Shown: piece after piece, positions 21,270 to 31,137 of the stretch
How positions within the stretch are numbered: position 1 is the first letter of the stretch
Layout: every line of letters starts with the position of its first letter
Assembly: GCA_041640635.1 (NCBI GenBank)
Contig: JBEPZX010000003.1
Span: 1-64,000 of the forward strand
Direction: 5' to 3'
Source: Aquificaceae bacterium
Lineage (GTDB): Bacteria > Aquificota > Aquificia > Aquificales > Aquificaceae
Length of the DNA: 64,000 bases
Notes under the pieces: generated by a model
What the model saw: the letters and a program-made list of their open reading frames with translations, nothing else
Database searches by the model: none
Told to the model about the DNA's origin: nothing
Translations under genes and position numbers: made by a program

Positions 21270-21347
21270 GTTTATTCTTATTTTATATCTTAAACGCACA
21301 AGGCAGTATTAAGAAATACACCGATATAATGTTAGGAGGAGTAAAAA

Positions 21348-22463
21348 GTGTCAGAAAGGATCAGAGTTCTTCACATCATTTATAGTTTTGCCAGCGGTGG
21401 TGCCGAACGCTTTGTGTTGGACTTGATGCAAGCCATGGATAAAGAAAAATTCGAGGTTGCTGCTGTTAGTCTTAGACCAGATTTAGGTAGACCCTTTGAA
21501 AAGGAGATAAGAGAAAAGAAACTAAAGGTATACTTTCTCAACAAACGCCGTGGCTTGGACCCGCGAGTGTTTTTTAGGCTATACGGTGTGTTTAAAAAGT
21601 ATGCTCCGCATGTAGTTCATACTCATCTACACGTGTTGCGCTACACTTTACTGCCTACGATCCTGTGTGGTATTCCTGTCAGAATTCACACCGTCCACGA
21701 CATAGCTCAAAGGGATGCACCGATAGCGAAACTGTTTAACTCAATAGCCTTCCGTTTTGGAAATGTAGTTCCTGTTAGCATTTCAAATGCGGTAGCAGAT
21801 ACGGTAAGAGAAGTTTATGGTCAAAACCTTTACACACCTGTCATTTATAACGGATTACCTACAGATCGTTTTCTTCAACACTCTAACAAACCAAAAGAAA
21901 ACAGTAAGCAAAACATAGTGTTGATGAACATTGCCAGATTTTGGCCACAGAAGAACCATAAGCTTTTGATAGAGGGCTTTAGCATAGCTGTTAAGGAGTA
22001 CTCCAACATGGAGCTCTGGCTTGTAGGCGATGGTCCTTTGCGCCCAGAAGTTGAAAAGATAGTCAAAGAAAAAGGACTAAGCCAAAAGGTAACCTTTTTG
22101 GGTATTCAAAGCAACATCGCCGAACTTCTCTCTGAGTCAGACATTTTTGTACTCACATCCTCTTGGGAAGCTTTTGGATTAGTCAACGTGGAAGCTATGG
22201 CTCTAAGAAAGCCAGTTATCGCCACCGCTGTAGGTGGCATTCCCGAGATTGTGGAAGATGGCAAAACGGGAATATTGGTTCCTGCAAATGATCCAAAGGC
22301 ATTGGCTCAAGCTATTGTTAAATTGGCAAAAAATCCAGCGCTTCGCGAAAGTATGGGAGAAGAGGGACAAAGTAGAGCCGTAGAATACTTTGACATAAAA
22401 CAAACAGCGCGCCAATATGAGGAGTTGTATTTGAGGTTATTAAATGGATTAAGGATCCAGTAA
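21348..22463 (+). CDS. glycosyltransferase family 4
   Basis: GGAER, QKNH, VGDGP, EAFGLVNVEAMA and VGGIPE motifs; AGGAGG SD upstream. Confidence 0.92.
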   Translation: MSERIRVLHIIYSFASGGAERFVLDLMQAMDKEKFEVAAVSLRPDLGRPFEKEIREKKLKVYFLNKRRGLDPRVFFRLYGVFKKYAPHVVHTHLHVLRYTLLPTILCGIPVRIHTVHDIAQRDAPIAKLFNSIAFRFGNVVPVSISNAVADTVREVYGQNLYTPVIYNGLPTDRFLQHSNKPKENSKQNIVLMNIARFWPQKNHKLLIEGFSIAVKEYSNMELWLVGDGPLRPEVEKIVKEKGLSQKVTFLGIQSNIAELLSESDIFVLTSSWEAFGLVNVEAMALRKPVIATAVGGIPEIVEDGKTGILVPANDPKALAQAIVKLAKNPALRESMGEEGQSRAVEYFDIKQTARQYEELYLRLLNGLRIQ

Positions 22464-22517
22464 AAGATTCTCAAAAACAAAACATTAGTTTATATAAAAT
22501 TGACCAAAGCTTATTTT

Positions 22518-23717
22518 TTAGACCTTCCTCTGTCTAAATGTCATATAGCTTTTTATAGCTTCAATACGTTCTCTGTTTTCTGGACTTCTAGATGCGTTCT
22601 GAATGTATTCTATGAAGAAAGCAAGAAGGACGGAAGTAAAAAAGCCAGTGAGTGTAGCCACTGCTACCATGAGTTTTCTCTTTGGTTTTACTCTCTTTTC
22701 AGGTGGTATGGCTTTATCGATAACCTGTATCAATACAGCATCTTTTGATTCATCGAGCCTAGCTATTTCATACTGTTTAGATAAGAGTTCATAAAGAGTT
22801 TCATAGTATTTAAGCTCTCTTAGTTTCCTGGCATATTCCGTGCTTACCTTTGGTACTTTCCCTGTGGGTATGAGAGGATCGGGACTGTTTGCACCACTTG
22901 CTTCAAGTTTGCTAAGTTCAGCCCTTAATGCTTTCAATTCCTCTTCGGCTTTCTTCAGCTCAGGGTTGTTTGGTGTTAGGTAGGTTCTCATAACTTTGAG
23001 TTGAACCTCTTTTGCAGCAATCTGTGCTCTCAAATTAGCTATGCTTTCTATAACTGCCTTTGCTTGTTCTTTTACTTCTAAGGCACCTGTTCTTTCTTGA
23101 AAGCTTCTAAAATCCTCTTCTGCCTTTGCGAGAGCCTCTCTTACTTCTTTTAGCTGTTCCTCAAAGAATAGCCTTCTTTGGCTCGCTTCTGTTATAGCAA
23201 GCCCTTTGGTGAGATTCTTTAGCTCTTCAACGAACGCGTTTGCCATCTCTGCAGCTCTTTTGGGATCTTTATCCTCTATACCGATAGTTATTATGCCACT
23301 CTTTTTGTCGGTTGAAACTTTAAGAGCGCTACCAAGGATATTTCTTGCATCTTCACGAGATTCTGTATCGTAAAGTTTCATGAGATCAAATCTATCTATG
23401 ATTCTATCAGCTATCGTCCTACTTTTTAGCATGCCGATATAAAGATCCTCTGTAGTTTTTATGCCAAGAGCACCAAAACTAAGATCTGACATACCAGATA
23501 TCTGACTGAGTAGCCCAATAGCACTCGAACCCCCTAATTTGGAAGGTAGTATCCTGGTTTCCGCTCTGTATACAGGTGGGATAACCAAACTTATCAATGC
23601 TGTAATAGACGCTGCAGCCAACGTGATGCCTAGGATAAGTTTTTTTCGTTTCAAAATCACTACAATTAGATCTAGCAGATTGATCTCATCCGTGTCTTTT
23701 GTATCTTTTTCGTTCAT
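22518..23717 (-). CDS. polysaccharide chain-length determinant / co-polymerase (Wzz/GumC-like, no kinase domain)
   Basis: DEINLLDL N-terminus, TM1, LKSR, long coiled coil, IDKAIPPEKRVKPKR and TM2; AGGAG SD. Confidence 0.88.
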   Translation of the reverse strand: MNEKDTKDTDEINLLDLIVVILKRKKLILGITLAAASITALISLVIPPVYRAETRILPSKLGGSSAIGLLSQISGMSDLSFGALGIKTTEDLYIGMLKSRTIADRIIDRFDLMKLYDTESREDARNILGSALKVSTDKKSGIITIGIEDKDPKRAAEMANAFVEELKNLTKGLAITEASQRRLFFEEQLKEVREALAKAEEDFRSFQERTGALEVKEQAKAVIESIANLRAQIAAKEVQLKVMRTYLTPNNPELKKAEEELKALRAELSKLEASGANSPDPLIPTGKVPKVSTEYARKLRELKYYETLYELLSKQYEIARLDESKDAVLIQVIDKAIPPEKRVKPKRKLMVAVATLTGFFTSVLLAFFIEYIQNASRSPENRERIEAIKSYMTFRQRKV

Positions 23718-23768
23718 TTTTTTGTCTCCTGAGTTTTCAATACATTATAAAGTGAAATAATGTTATTT

Positions 23769-24257
23769 TTACTTTCTAGTCCAAAAGGTTTCAACGAGTC
23801 CTACTTTCCACTGCTCTCCTTCTTTGAACATTTTGAGAACAGCTGGTCTATCAGATTTCCTATAGGTAATTGATATAGTTGCGTAGTTTTTTTCTACTTT
23901 TCCTATTTCCCATTTACTTTGCTCTAAAGCTATCTCAGGATCAAACCTACTTAGAAAACCATCCCAGTAAGCTTTTGCAATAACTCCTCCCACATTGAAG
24001 TCGTGCTTTATTTGTTCTTCTGAGTATTCGGAGCCTCCTTTAATTACTGCTCTGTGCACTTCCTTTACGATGGTTTCCTTCGATTTTTCGCTCAAAAGCT
24101 CCCATATAGATTTGTAGTCCCTTTGCTTCATGCTTTTGAATAAAGACTCTGCAGATTGTAAAACTTTATCAACTTCATCTGCCCAGACAACTTTAGTGTA
24201 AGCGATTGTTATTAGACACATTAACAAGAGAAACTTCCAGCCGAAGGATAAAGCCAC
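23769..24257 (-). CDS. hypothetical exported protein
   Basis: Signal-peptide-like KFLLLMCLITIAYTKVVWA, then a soluble domain ending KMFKEGEQWKV; start uncertain (GTG 24257, ATG 24221 or 24299). Confidence 0.65.
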   Translation of the reverse strand: MALSFGWKFLLLMCLITIAYTKVVWADEVDKVLQSAESLFKSMKQRDYKSIWELLSEKSKETIVKEVHRAVIKGGSEYSEEQIKHDFNVGGVIAKAYWDGFLSRFDPEIALEQSKWEIGKVEKNYATISITYRKSDRPAVLKMFKEGEQWKVGLVETFWTRK

Positions 24258-24267
24258 CTTCGGCTGG
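24237..24267 (-). terminator. perfect 11-bp stem-loop just downstream of the yjbE-like gene (partial terminator or mRNA stabiliser)
   Basis: CCAGCCGAAGG-N9-CCTTCGGCTGG; followed on the - strand by AAGTTTCTCTTGTT; 9 nt after the stop codon. Confidence 0.65.
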
Positions 24268-24276
24268 TTGCGTGTG

Positions 24277-24540
24277 TCAGTGGTGCGTTGTTGTAGCATG
24301 AGTTTGCGTGCTATCCCCTCCAGTAGAAGCTGCGATGGCTGCTATAACAACAGCTGCAATTGCAACCCCTGCTGCTATAACACCTGCAGTCAATCCTCCA
24401 GCTACTGTTGCTCCTGCTGAGGCACCGGCTGCTGCGGCTCCTGTCGTCTCACCCGGTGTTTGAGCGTAAGAAGAAGAAACAATGCCACCCATCATAAACA
24501 CAAGACTGGCTAAAACTACAACTAATTTAAGGCTTTTCAT
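24277..24540 (-). CDS. small secreted Ala/Gly/Thr-rich protein, YjbE/GfcA-like
   Basis: Signal peptide (SYA cleavage), Ala/Gly-rich hydrophobic core, TGGDSTQTHATTTHH tail; SD AAGGAGGTGA; adjacent to a YjbH-like gene. Confidence 0.72.
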   Translation of the reverse strand: MKSLKLVVVLASLVFMMGGIVSSSYAQTPGETTGAAAAGASAGATVAGGLTAGVIAAGVAIAAVVIAAIAASTGGDSTQTHATTTHH

Positions 24541-24581
24541 GATATCACCTCCTTATATATTATTATTTATTATTATCTAGA

Positions 24582-26714
24582 TTAATATTTCCCAAAGTCT
24601 TTGTCAAGATAAATTTTTGTATTTCTACTGATGAAATCAAAGAGGTTTGTGTGATGCTCTATGTCTTGGGCTACGTCTCTGGTCCACGGAGATAAAGCAT
24701 AACTGTAAGTTGTTCTTGAATCGCTTCCTCTGAATAGTCTTATTGGTATTGTAACAGCTATACCTTTGTCGTGGTAACCACGATTGAATTCATCCCTGAA
24801 TACTGATGTATTTGTAAAACTGTACCATGCTGATATGATTACTCCGTTTATGAACTTGGATACTGTGATTCTTACACCTTTATCTCCACCAAGGAACCTT
24901 CCTGTCTTTAAGTCAATGGCTACTTCTTGTTCTGGGAAGTGGATACGAGTATTTACAAATGCTGTTTTGTAAATTTGGTCACTTTTAAACTCGAAGGGGT
25001 CATTTGGATCTCTTTTTTTGACTACACTCCCACTAAGTCCTATAAGAACCCTACCATCAAACAAAGGTTTTGCTATCTCTACATCTATACCAGCATACTG
25101 AACCTCAAGTAAACCTACAGCACCACGCAGGTAGATCTCTTTTGGCATTTTGTAAATTTGCTCCAACATAAGCTTGCTGAGTGATACTTTTTTATTTTTG
25201 TAATCCGCAATGTCACTCCTAACAGGTATGGAGAGAGGTTTATTTACAGATGATATATTATTTATAGGATATGTTTCCACTGCAGTAACTAAAGATGTTC
25301 CATCCCACAAGTTATAACTAAGCCAAGCGGAAACACCAAATCTGTATTTGAAGAAACCTGAAGGATCGTTCAAGAAAGTTTGCAAAGACGGTTTTATTCC
25401 GTATCTGAAGGCCTTTACGTAGCTTTTTGGTGTATCTAAGGTTTGAGTAACATCTGTTGTTATGGTGGACAAATACAGAAATTCCTTAACCGTTAGTTTT
25501 TCTCTCAAGAAGTCTATTGCATCCTCTCTTGTAGTTGTGAACCTAAATAGTGGGATACCTCTTTCGGTTAATGTGATGTTAATGGTGTGGATCTTTTCGT
25601 CTAAAATAGGAACGATGTTCCTTAGTATCACATCTATCGCTTTTGTGTTGTAGTAGTATTTGGTATTTTCCGCTTCTATCCACAATTGATTTTCTTTGAT
25701 ATCAATATTTATGTTGATGAAACCTAAGTTATATAAAGCAAGAGCTAATCTTTCGTAAGTTGGTAAGTTTTTAGCTTCCTGACTTTCTACGTAAGGAGGG
25801 TCATAAATGGGGATTAATGGTCTTCCTATGTTGAAGTTCATAGATAAGTTCAAGCCAATTTGCTTTCCTCTTTGGTAGCTAACGTCTAACTCCAGCCATT
25901 TGTAAGGCTTTAACCTAAGGCCGAAGTTGTAAGGAGAAGGTACAGGATCTCTAAAGTGTTTAGCTTGTGCAGGATCGTTGGTTTGTTTATGATACTTGAT
26001 GGGACTATACTCAAACATCAAACTAAACTTTTCCGAAGGAGCAAATTCTACGCCCCAAAAAAACTGAGAATCTTTGAGCCACTGTTTCGTCTCTTGAAGC
26101 ATTTCTATTTTTACTCCTTCTCCCTGGGGTGGAAGAGGTCTTTTTCCAAATCTACCGTTACCGAATCCAACGGTAAAATCAAAAGGCCATATTTGCTTGC
26201 TTGCAACTACGTATTGAGAAGGATAAAGTCTCGTTCCATGAGGGTCCATAATGCCAATCGCCAAAGCAGGTATGTATTTACCTTCTGGCAATATCTGAAC
26301 TTTAAAGTTTATAACCTTATCCTTGTAGTTACCGTAGCCGCTCCATCCAGGAGATCTCATTTTAAGATCCAGTATTTCTGTTACACCTCCGTATATCTCA
26401 GTTCCTTTAAATGGACTTATATTTACGTAGTAGCGTCTATATGGGTATACTTGACTTACACCAAATCTATAAGAGTTTTCCTTTATTACCCTCGCTGTGG
26501 GTATTTCCATAAGACCTGTGCCACCTGTATTGGAAGCTCCGGTAAAAGGTTCATCACTTGCCAATAGTGGAAAAGGAAATAAAATAAAGAAGATTGATGA
26601 ATTAATCAATTTTAAAACGGAGTGTATATGAATTTTTCTGCTTTTTGCTGTATTAGACTTGGAGGGTGTTTCTTTGTCGGAAATATGGTCAGCTTCTCTT
26701 CCAAGTTTTTCCAT
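24582..26714 (-). CDS. YjbH/GfcD (WbfB)-family outer-membrane beta-barrel protein
   Basis: GGTGLMEIPTARV, YKDK, DFTVGFGNG, GRFLGGDKG, DKGIAVTIP and PWTRDVAQ motifs; start uncertain (may be downstream of 26714). Confidence 0.85.
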   Translation of the reverse strand: MEKLGREADHISDKETPSKSNTAKSRKIHIHSVLKLINSSIFFILFPFPLLASDEPFTGASNTGGTGLMEIPTARVIKENSYRFGVSQVYPYRRYYVNISPFKGTEIYGGVTEILDLKMRSPGWSGYGNYKDKVINFKVQILPEGKYIPALAIGIMDPHGTRLYPSQYVVASKQIWPFDFTVGFGNGRFGKRPLPPQGEGVKIEMLQETKQWLKDSQFFWGVEFAPSEKFSLMFEYSPIKYHKQTNDPAQAKHFRDPVPSPYNFGLRLKPYKWLELDVSYQRGKQIGLNLSMNFNIGRPLIPIYDPPYVESQEAKNLPTYERLALALYNLGFININIDIKENQLWIEAENTKYYYNTKAIDVILRNIVPILDEKIHTINITLTERGIPLFRFTTTREDAIDFLREKLTVKEFLYLSTITTDVTQTLDTPKSYVKAFRYGIKPSLQTFLNDPSGFFKYRFGVSAWLSYNLWDGTSLVTAVETYPINNISSVNKPLSIPVRSDIADYKNKKVSLSKLMLEQIYKMPKEIYLRGAVGLLEVQYAGIDVEIAKPLFDGRVLIGLSGSVVKKRDPNDPFEFKSDQIYKTAFVNTRIHFPEQEVAIDLKTGRFLGGDKGVRITVSKFINGVIISAWYSFTNTSVFRDEFNRGYHDKGIAVTIPIRLFRGSDSRTTYSYALSPWTRDVAQDIEHHTNLFDFISRNTKIYLDKDFGKY

Positions 26715-26799
26715 ATTCTTTTTTAGTTTTTAGGTGAAAGCTATGGAATCTATAATCAGCTTCTAGCTTAACCGTAAAAACCCTCATGTTAACTAATCC

Positions 26800-28980
26800 C
26801 TAAAAGAGTTTTATAACAACTCCCGCGGTTACAGCCATTTGCATCAAGATTTGAGTAATGTCTTTTATGTTTCTTAGCCATGCAATGCGATCGAGTTTTT
26901 CAGGAACAACGATAGTATCGCCGGGTTCTATCTCTTTTATCTCCTCCCCAAAAGCTGTCATTTCCCATCTTGATTTGGCAAAGTTCCATCTTATTGAACC
27001 TTTGCTAAGTTTTCTTGCCGAACCATCAACTTTGAGGACGTAAATATTATCCGCATCCGCAAACCTGGAAAGTCCACCTGCCAATTCTATGTAATCTTTG
27101 TAATTGAGCTTTTCAGAATATACCAATGTAGTAGGTGACATTACGGCACCCACAACGTTTACGACGCTAGTTTTAGGTGGTATGTATAGGCTGTCTCCAT
27201 CTTCTAGTTCTATATCAAACTCACTGCCTTTTAGTAATCGGATATGAGCAAGCCTGATGGTCATCCTACCCGTAGCTTTGAGCTTTCTTAGAGCTTCTAT
27301 GAATTTTTGTTTACTTTCTAATTCCACCTTTTTAGCCTGAACTTCCTCAGGTGACAGAGCAGCAGATACCTGAACTGAGGATTCCGCTAATAGCTCCCTC
27401 TCCATCCTCATAATCACCTCTTTTAAACTTTTTTGTTGCAGCTCTCTGACACTTTGTCTCGTGAAAACCGCTCCTCTCAGATAAGCATTATCCGTAAAGC
27501 CTCCAGCCCTTTCTATTAAAGAAGAGAGTCTCTCTCCTTTCTTGATGGTGTATGTCCCAGGATACTTGACCTCGCCTGAAATGGTAACTGTTTTGTAAAG
27601 GTCCCATTCGGGAACGGTCCTAACAAAAAGATAGTCATTTATCTCCAACAAAACGTTATGCTGTGGGTCATCCGCCATAGCTTTGGAAAGGTCTATGGTT
27701 ATCCTTTCCACTTTGGGTCCAGCTTGAGTGGGCTTTACCCTTGTGATTTCGGCGTAGTTGGATGCATAATAGAGTAATCCGCCAGCCAAGGAAATGACAT
27801 CTTTGACTCTTGTTAATCCCGGTGTAATTCCGTATTCACCCGGGTTTGCTACGGCTCCAGAGATCAGCATAGTTGTTTTTAGATCAACAACGGAGTAGAT
27901 CTTTACCAAGTCTCCATCTTTGAGAGTAAAGTTTTTGGTGCTATCCTTCTCTATGTCCACAAGATCGCTTTCGAAAATGGTTCTAAACTGCTGATCCTCT
28001 ATTCTAAAAACTTGCAATCTTCCTTTAAAGGCACTGCTAGTTAACCCTCCAGCCATTTGTATTAAATCCAAGAGCTTAGTCTCGCCTTTTAGTTCGTATA
28101 TGGCTGGTCTTTTTACGTTACCTGCTATACCCACCAGGGGACCTACCGGTGGGATGAATATGACGTCTTCTGGCATAAGCCTTACGTCTTTGGTTTTGTC
28201 TCCTTTGAGAAGGAAATCATATATATCAAAGTGGACGATGGTTTTTCCATTCCTCTTGAGTTGTATATCTCTCATTGTACCCGTTTTGGACGGACCGCCG
28301 GCTTCAAATAGTGCATTCACAAGTGTCGAAAGTGAAGAGACCGTGTAAGCTCCGGGTCTTTGCGCATTTCCCACGACGTAAACCCTTATCGTCCTCAAAG
28401 CTCCCATGGTAACGTTCATTTCAAAGCCTTTGTAGTACTTTGAAAACTCTCTGTATAGCAATTCTTTCAGTTCATTGAAAGTAAGACCTGTAACGCCAAT
28501 TGTCCCAATTCTTGGAAGGCTAATTTTGCCATCCCTATCAACTACTACACTCCAGCTTCCTTCTATATTTCCCCATACGGATATCTTTATTTCATCCCCA
28601 GGACCTATAACGTAATCGGGACCTACTGGGACATTATCTACAGGAGCAAAGGTAGACGGGGGTTTTCTGAAAAGGTCATAGCCGAACTGCTTGAGATTTG
28701 TGGATATAGTTTCAGGCTTTTTACCTGAGATGAACAGTTCAGTTTCTGACATTTCCTCTACATGGGATGGTGGTTTTGCAGGCTGAGTCTCGGGTGCTGT
28801 GGTTTCCGTTTTTACAGGTTGGGTTTGCTGAGCGGGTTGCACTTCTTGAGTGGTGGATTGTTGTCCCTGAGTGGCAGATCCTACAGGGCTTACGGGAACT
28901 ATCTGAATTTGCTGAGCAAATACACTATATGAGTGAAATAAGATTATCCATATGACAAGCAGAACTCTTTTTTTGTCCAT
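26800..28980 (-). CDS. polysaccharide export protein with multiple SLBB domains (KpsD/OtnA/WbfF-like)
   Basis: Signal peptide, LKQFGYDLF, DYVIGPGD, repeated G.V..PG.Y SLBB motifs and PGDTIVVP; ATG 28980 has a GGGGAG SD. Confidence 0.9.
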   Translation of the reverse strand: MDKKRVLLVIWIILFHSYSVFAQQIQIVPVSPVGSATQGQQSTTQEVQPAQQTQPVKTETTAPETQPAKPPSHVEEMSETELFISGKKPETISTNLKQFGYDLFRKPPSTFAPVDNVPVGPDYVIGPGDEIKISVWGNIEGSWSVVVDRDGKISLPRIGTIGVTGLTFNELKELLYREFSKYYKGFEMNVTMGALRTIRVYVVGNAQRPGAYTVSSLSTLVNALFEAGGPSKTGTMRDIQLKRNGKTIVHFDIYDFLLKGDKTKDVRLMPEDVIFIPPVGPLVGIAGNVKRPAIYELKGETKLLDLIQMAGGLTSSAFKGRLQVFRIEDQQFRTIFESDLVDIEKDSTKNFTLKDGDLVKIYSVVDLKTTMLISGAVANPGEYGITPGLTRVKDVISLAGGLLYYASNYAEITRVKPTQAGPKVERITIDLSKAMADDPQHNVLLEINDYLFVRTVPEWDLYKTVTISGEVKYPGTYTIKKGERLSSLIERAGGFTDNAYLRGAVFTRQSVRELQQKSLKEVIMRMERELLAESSVQVSAALSPEEVQAKKVELESKQKFIEALRKLKATGRMTIRLAHIRLLKGSEFDIELEDGDSLYIPPKTSVVNVVGAVMSPTTLVYSEKLNYKDYIELAGGLSRFADADNIYVLKVDGSARKLSKGSIRWNFAKSRWEMTAFGEEIKEIEPGDTIVVPEKLDRIAWLRNIKDITQILMQMAVTAGVVIKLF

Positions 28981-29034
28981 GCTTCTCCCCTTTCTCAAGG
29001 AAATTATATCATAAAAGTGTGACATTCTTTACAT

Positions 29035-30042
29035 ATGAAACCGCGTTATAATATTCATCCAGAAAAAACCATGATATGTTTAGACAAAAGATACAGCACT
29101 ACAAGGTGTGTAACCACAGAAAAACCAGAAATCATTAAGAAACCTCAGGACAAATTCGAAACCTTGTTATTCTTGCCACCTGCTGAAAGTAGGAAAGGCG
29201 AAGGAGGTCTGCGCACACGTGGATACTTTAAAAGGTCATACCCAAATAAACCATTAATTTCCGTTATAACGGTTGTTCTAAATGGAGAGAAGTATCTTGA
29301 AGAAACAATTCTCAGTGTACTTAATCAGACATACGACAATGTTGAGTATATTATCATAGATGGTGGTAGTACTGATGGCACGTTGGACATAATAAAAAAG
29401 TACGAGCATGCTATAGATTATTGGGTGAGTGAAAAGGATAGAGGGATTTATGATGCTATGAATAAAGGGATTATCCTCTCTACCGGGGAAATTGTAGGGA
29501 TTGTGAATTCTGATGACTATATTTACAAGGACACTTTATCTGAAGTCGCACACCTATTGTATAATACGGGTGCAGATTATACATACGGTTCTGTGGACTT
29601 GCTCAATAAAGATGGAATTGTGTATGGAACATTTAACTCTTTGAATGAGAATGAAATCCATTATAGAAAATACGAGACTATGCCGTATCCACATCAGACG
29701 TTGTATGTAAAATTACAGGTTTACAAAACCCTGGGATTATATAACACAAAATACAAATTAAGCTCTGACTATGATTTTGTCTTAAAACTCATTGAGAATA
29801 AGCACAGAGGAGCTAAACTACAAAAGCCTGTAGGTTGTTTTAGAGATGGTGGACGTAGTGGAGGGTACAAAACTTTTCTTGAAAACGCTGAAATTGTTAG
29901 GAGCCGAGGTGTATCTAAAATGAGAAGTTATAAAACAGCAATTTCTTCTTTAATCAAGGTGTTTTTAGCGAAACACTTACCGTTTAAAGTCTACAAATTC
30001 CTAAAGAAATTTAGAAAACATTCAAAGATTAGTTTGAAATGA
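29035..30042 (+). CDS. glycosyltransferase family 2
   Basis: PLISVITVVLN, IIDGGSTDGT, GIYDAMNKG, NSDD, PHQ and SDYD motifs; start may be ATG 29071. Confidence 0.92.
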   Translation: MKPRYNIHPEKTMICLDKRYSTTRCVTTEKPEIIKKPQDKFETLLFLPPAESRKGEGGLRTRGYFKRSYPNKPLISVITVVLNGEKYLEETILSVLNQTYDNVEYIIIDGGSTDGTLDIIKKYEHAIDYWVSEKDRGIYDAMNKGIILSTGEIVGIVNSDDYIYKDTLSEVAHLLYNTGADYTYGSVDLLNKDGIVYGTFNSLNENEIHYRKYETMPYPHQTLYVKLQVYKTLGLYNTKYKLSSDYDFVLKLIENKHRGAKLQKPVGCFRDGGRSGGYKTFLENAEIVRSRGVSKMRSYKTAISSLIKVFLAKHLPFKVYKFLKKFRKHSKISLK

Positions 30043-31118
30043 GGGTTAGTAATCAATTTAAATATTGGTTCGTTTATTTTTGTATAAAAATATTTTACAT
30101 GTTTTTTGCTATCTTCGTTTATTCTAAACTTACAACTTTGGGTGATACAGATAGATGGATGGATAGGTATATACCTGAGGGTTTAAACGTATTTGGAATA
30201 ATCACGAATTCAACGGCTGTGATGGAGTTTTTTGGTGGGCTTAGTTCTCTTGTTCTGGGATCTATATTGGGTAACTTACCTTTTGTAGTATTAGCTTTTT
30301 ATGGTATATATTACTCTGTTTCAAGACTTAATCTCAGTAACAGACAGTTATTTTGGATATTAGTTTTGCTGTCTTTCCCATCTTTTGGAATTTGGAGTTC
30401 AGTAGCTGGTAAAGAAGCTATTGGTGTATTCTGCATGGGAATCATAGGTGGATATTTAATTGATTTATTAGACGGAAAAAGAAAAAAGCCGAGAATCATT
30501 GAAATATTGAGTTTTTATCTACTGATAGTCTTTAAAAAGCAATACTTAGTTGCTATAGGATCAATGATTATTTTTATAATTCTTTCCCAAAAATTACGTC
30601 TAAGAGCTTATGGAAAACTTTTGTTGTTTATGCTTTATATATTTATGTCAGGAAGCGTGTTATACACTTTTAGAGATATTATAAATGAGCTGAGTTTTAT
30701 GATGGTACCTCATTTTTCCATAGAAGCTGGCTCTACAAGAGAAAATACAATTTGGGTGGAAGATTACGATGTATTTTTCAATGCTCCTTATGGTATGTTT
30801 ATAGCTTTTTGGGGTCCTACTTTAGGTGAGATTTTAGAAAAACCAATTCAATCATTTGTATTTGTTGAAAGTTTTATAATTTTTTCCTTTTTTGTATACT
30901 TTCTGCTGAAAATGTATATAAATACATTGAAAACATTTAGGTTTAACGTTTACATATTTTCATTATTAACTATAGCAATTTTTTGGCTTCTTTTTGTTCA
31001 TTATCCATTTGGTGTATTAAATCCTGGCAGTGCTCTAAGATACAGGACAAACATTTATGGTTTTCTTGTAGTTCTTATATACTATTTTAACGCTAGATAC
31101 TTTAATCAAAGGGCATGA
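30039..31118 (+). CDS. wzy: putative O-antigen/capsule polymerase (Wzy-like)
   Basis: About 10 TM segments, very AT-rich, GKE and C-terminal NPGSALRYR motif, located between glycosyltransferases. Confidence 0.6.
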   Translation: MRVSNQFKYWFVYFCIKIFYMFFAIFVYSKLTTLGDTDRWMDRYIPEGLNVFGIITNSTAVMEFFGGLSSLVLGSILGNLPFVVLAFYGIYYSVSRLNLSNRQLFWILVLLSFPSFGIWSSVAGKEAIGVFCMGIIGGYLIDLLDGKRKKPRIIEILSFYLLIVFKKQYLVAIGSMIIFIILSQKLRLRAYGKLLLFMLYIFMSGSVLYTFRDIINELSFMMVPHFSIEAGSTRENTIWVEDYDVFFNAPYGMFIAFWGPTLGEILEKPIQSFVFVESFIIFSFFVYFLLKMYINTLKTFRFNVYIFSLLTIAIFWLLFVHYPFGVLNPGSALRYRTNIYGFLVVLIYYFNARYFNQRA

Positions 31119-31137
31119 GTAAATTAAGGTATTAGAG

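Noticed and set aside
25956..26567. 203-aa + strand ORF, and other antisense ORFs such as 31293-31835, 43724-44131 and 44369-44764
   Set aside because: Shadow ORFs opposite well-supported genes, with no recognisable motifs.
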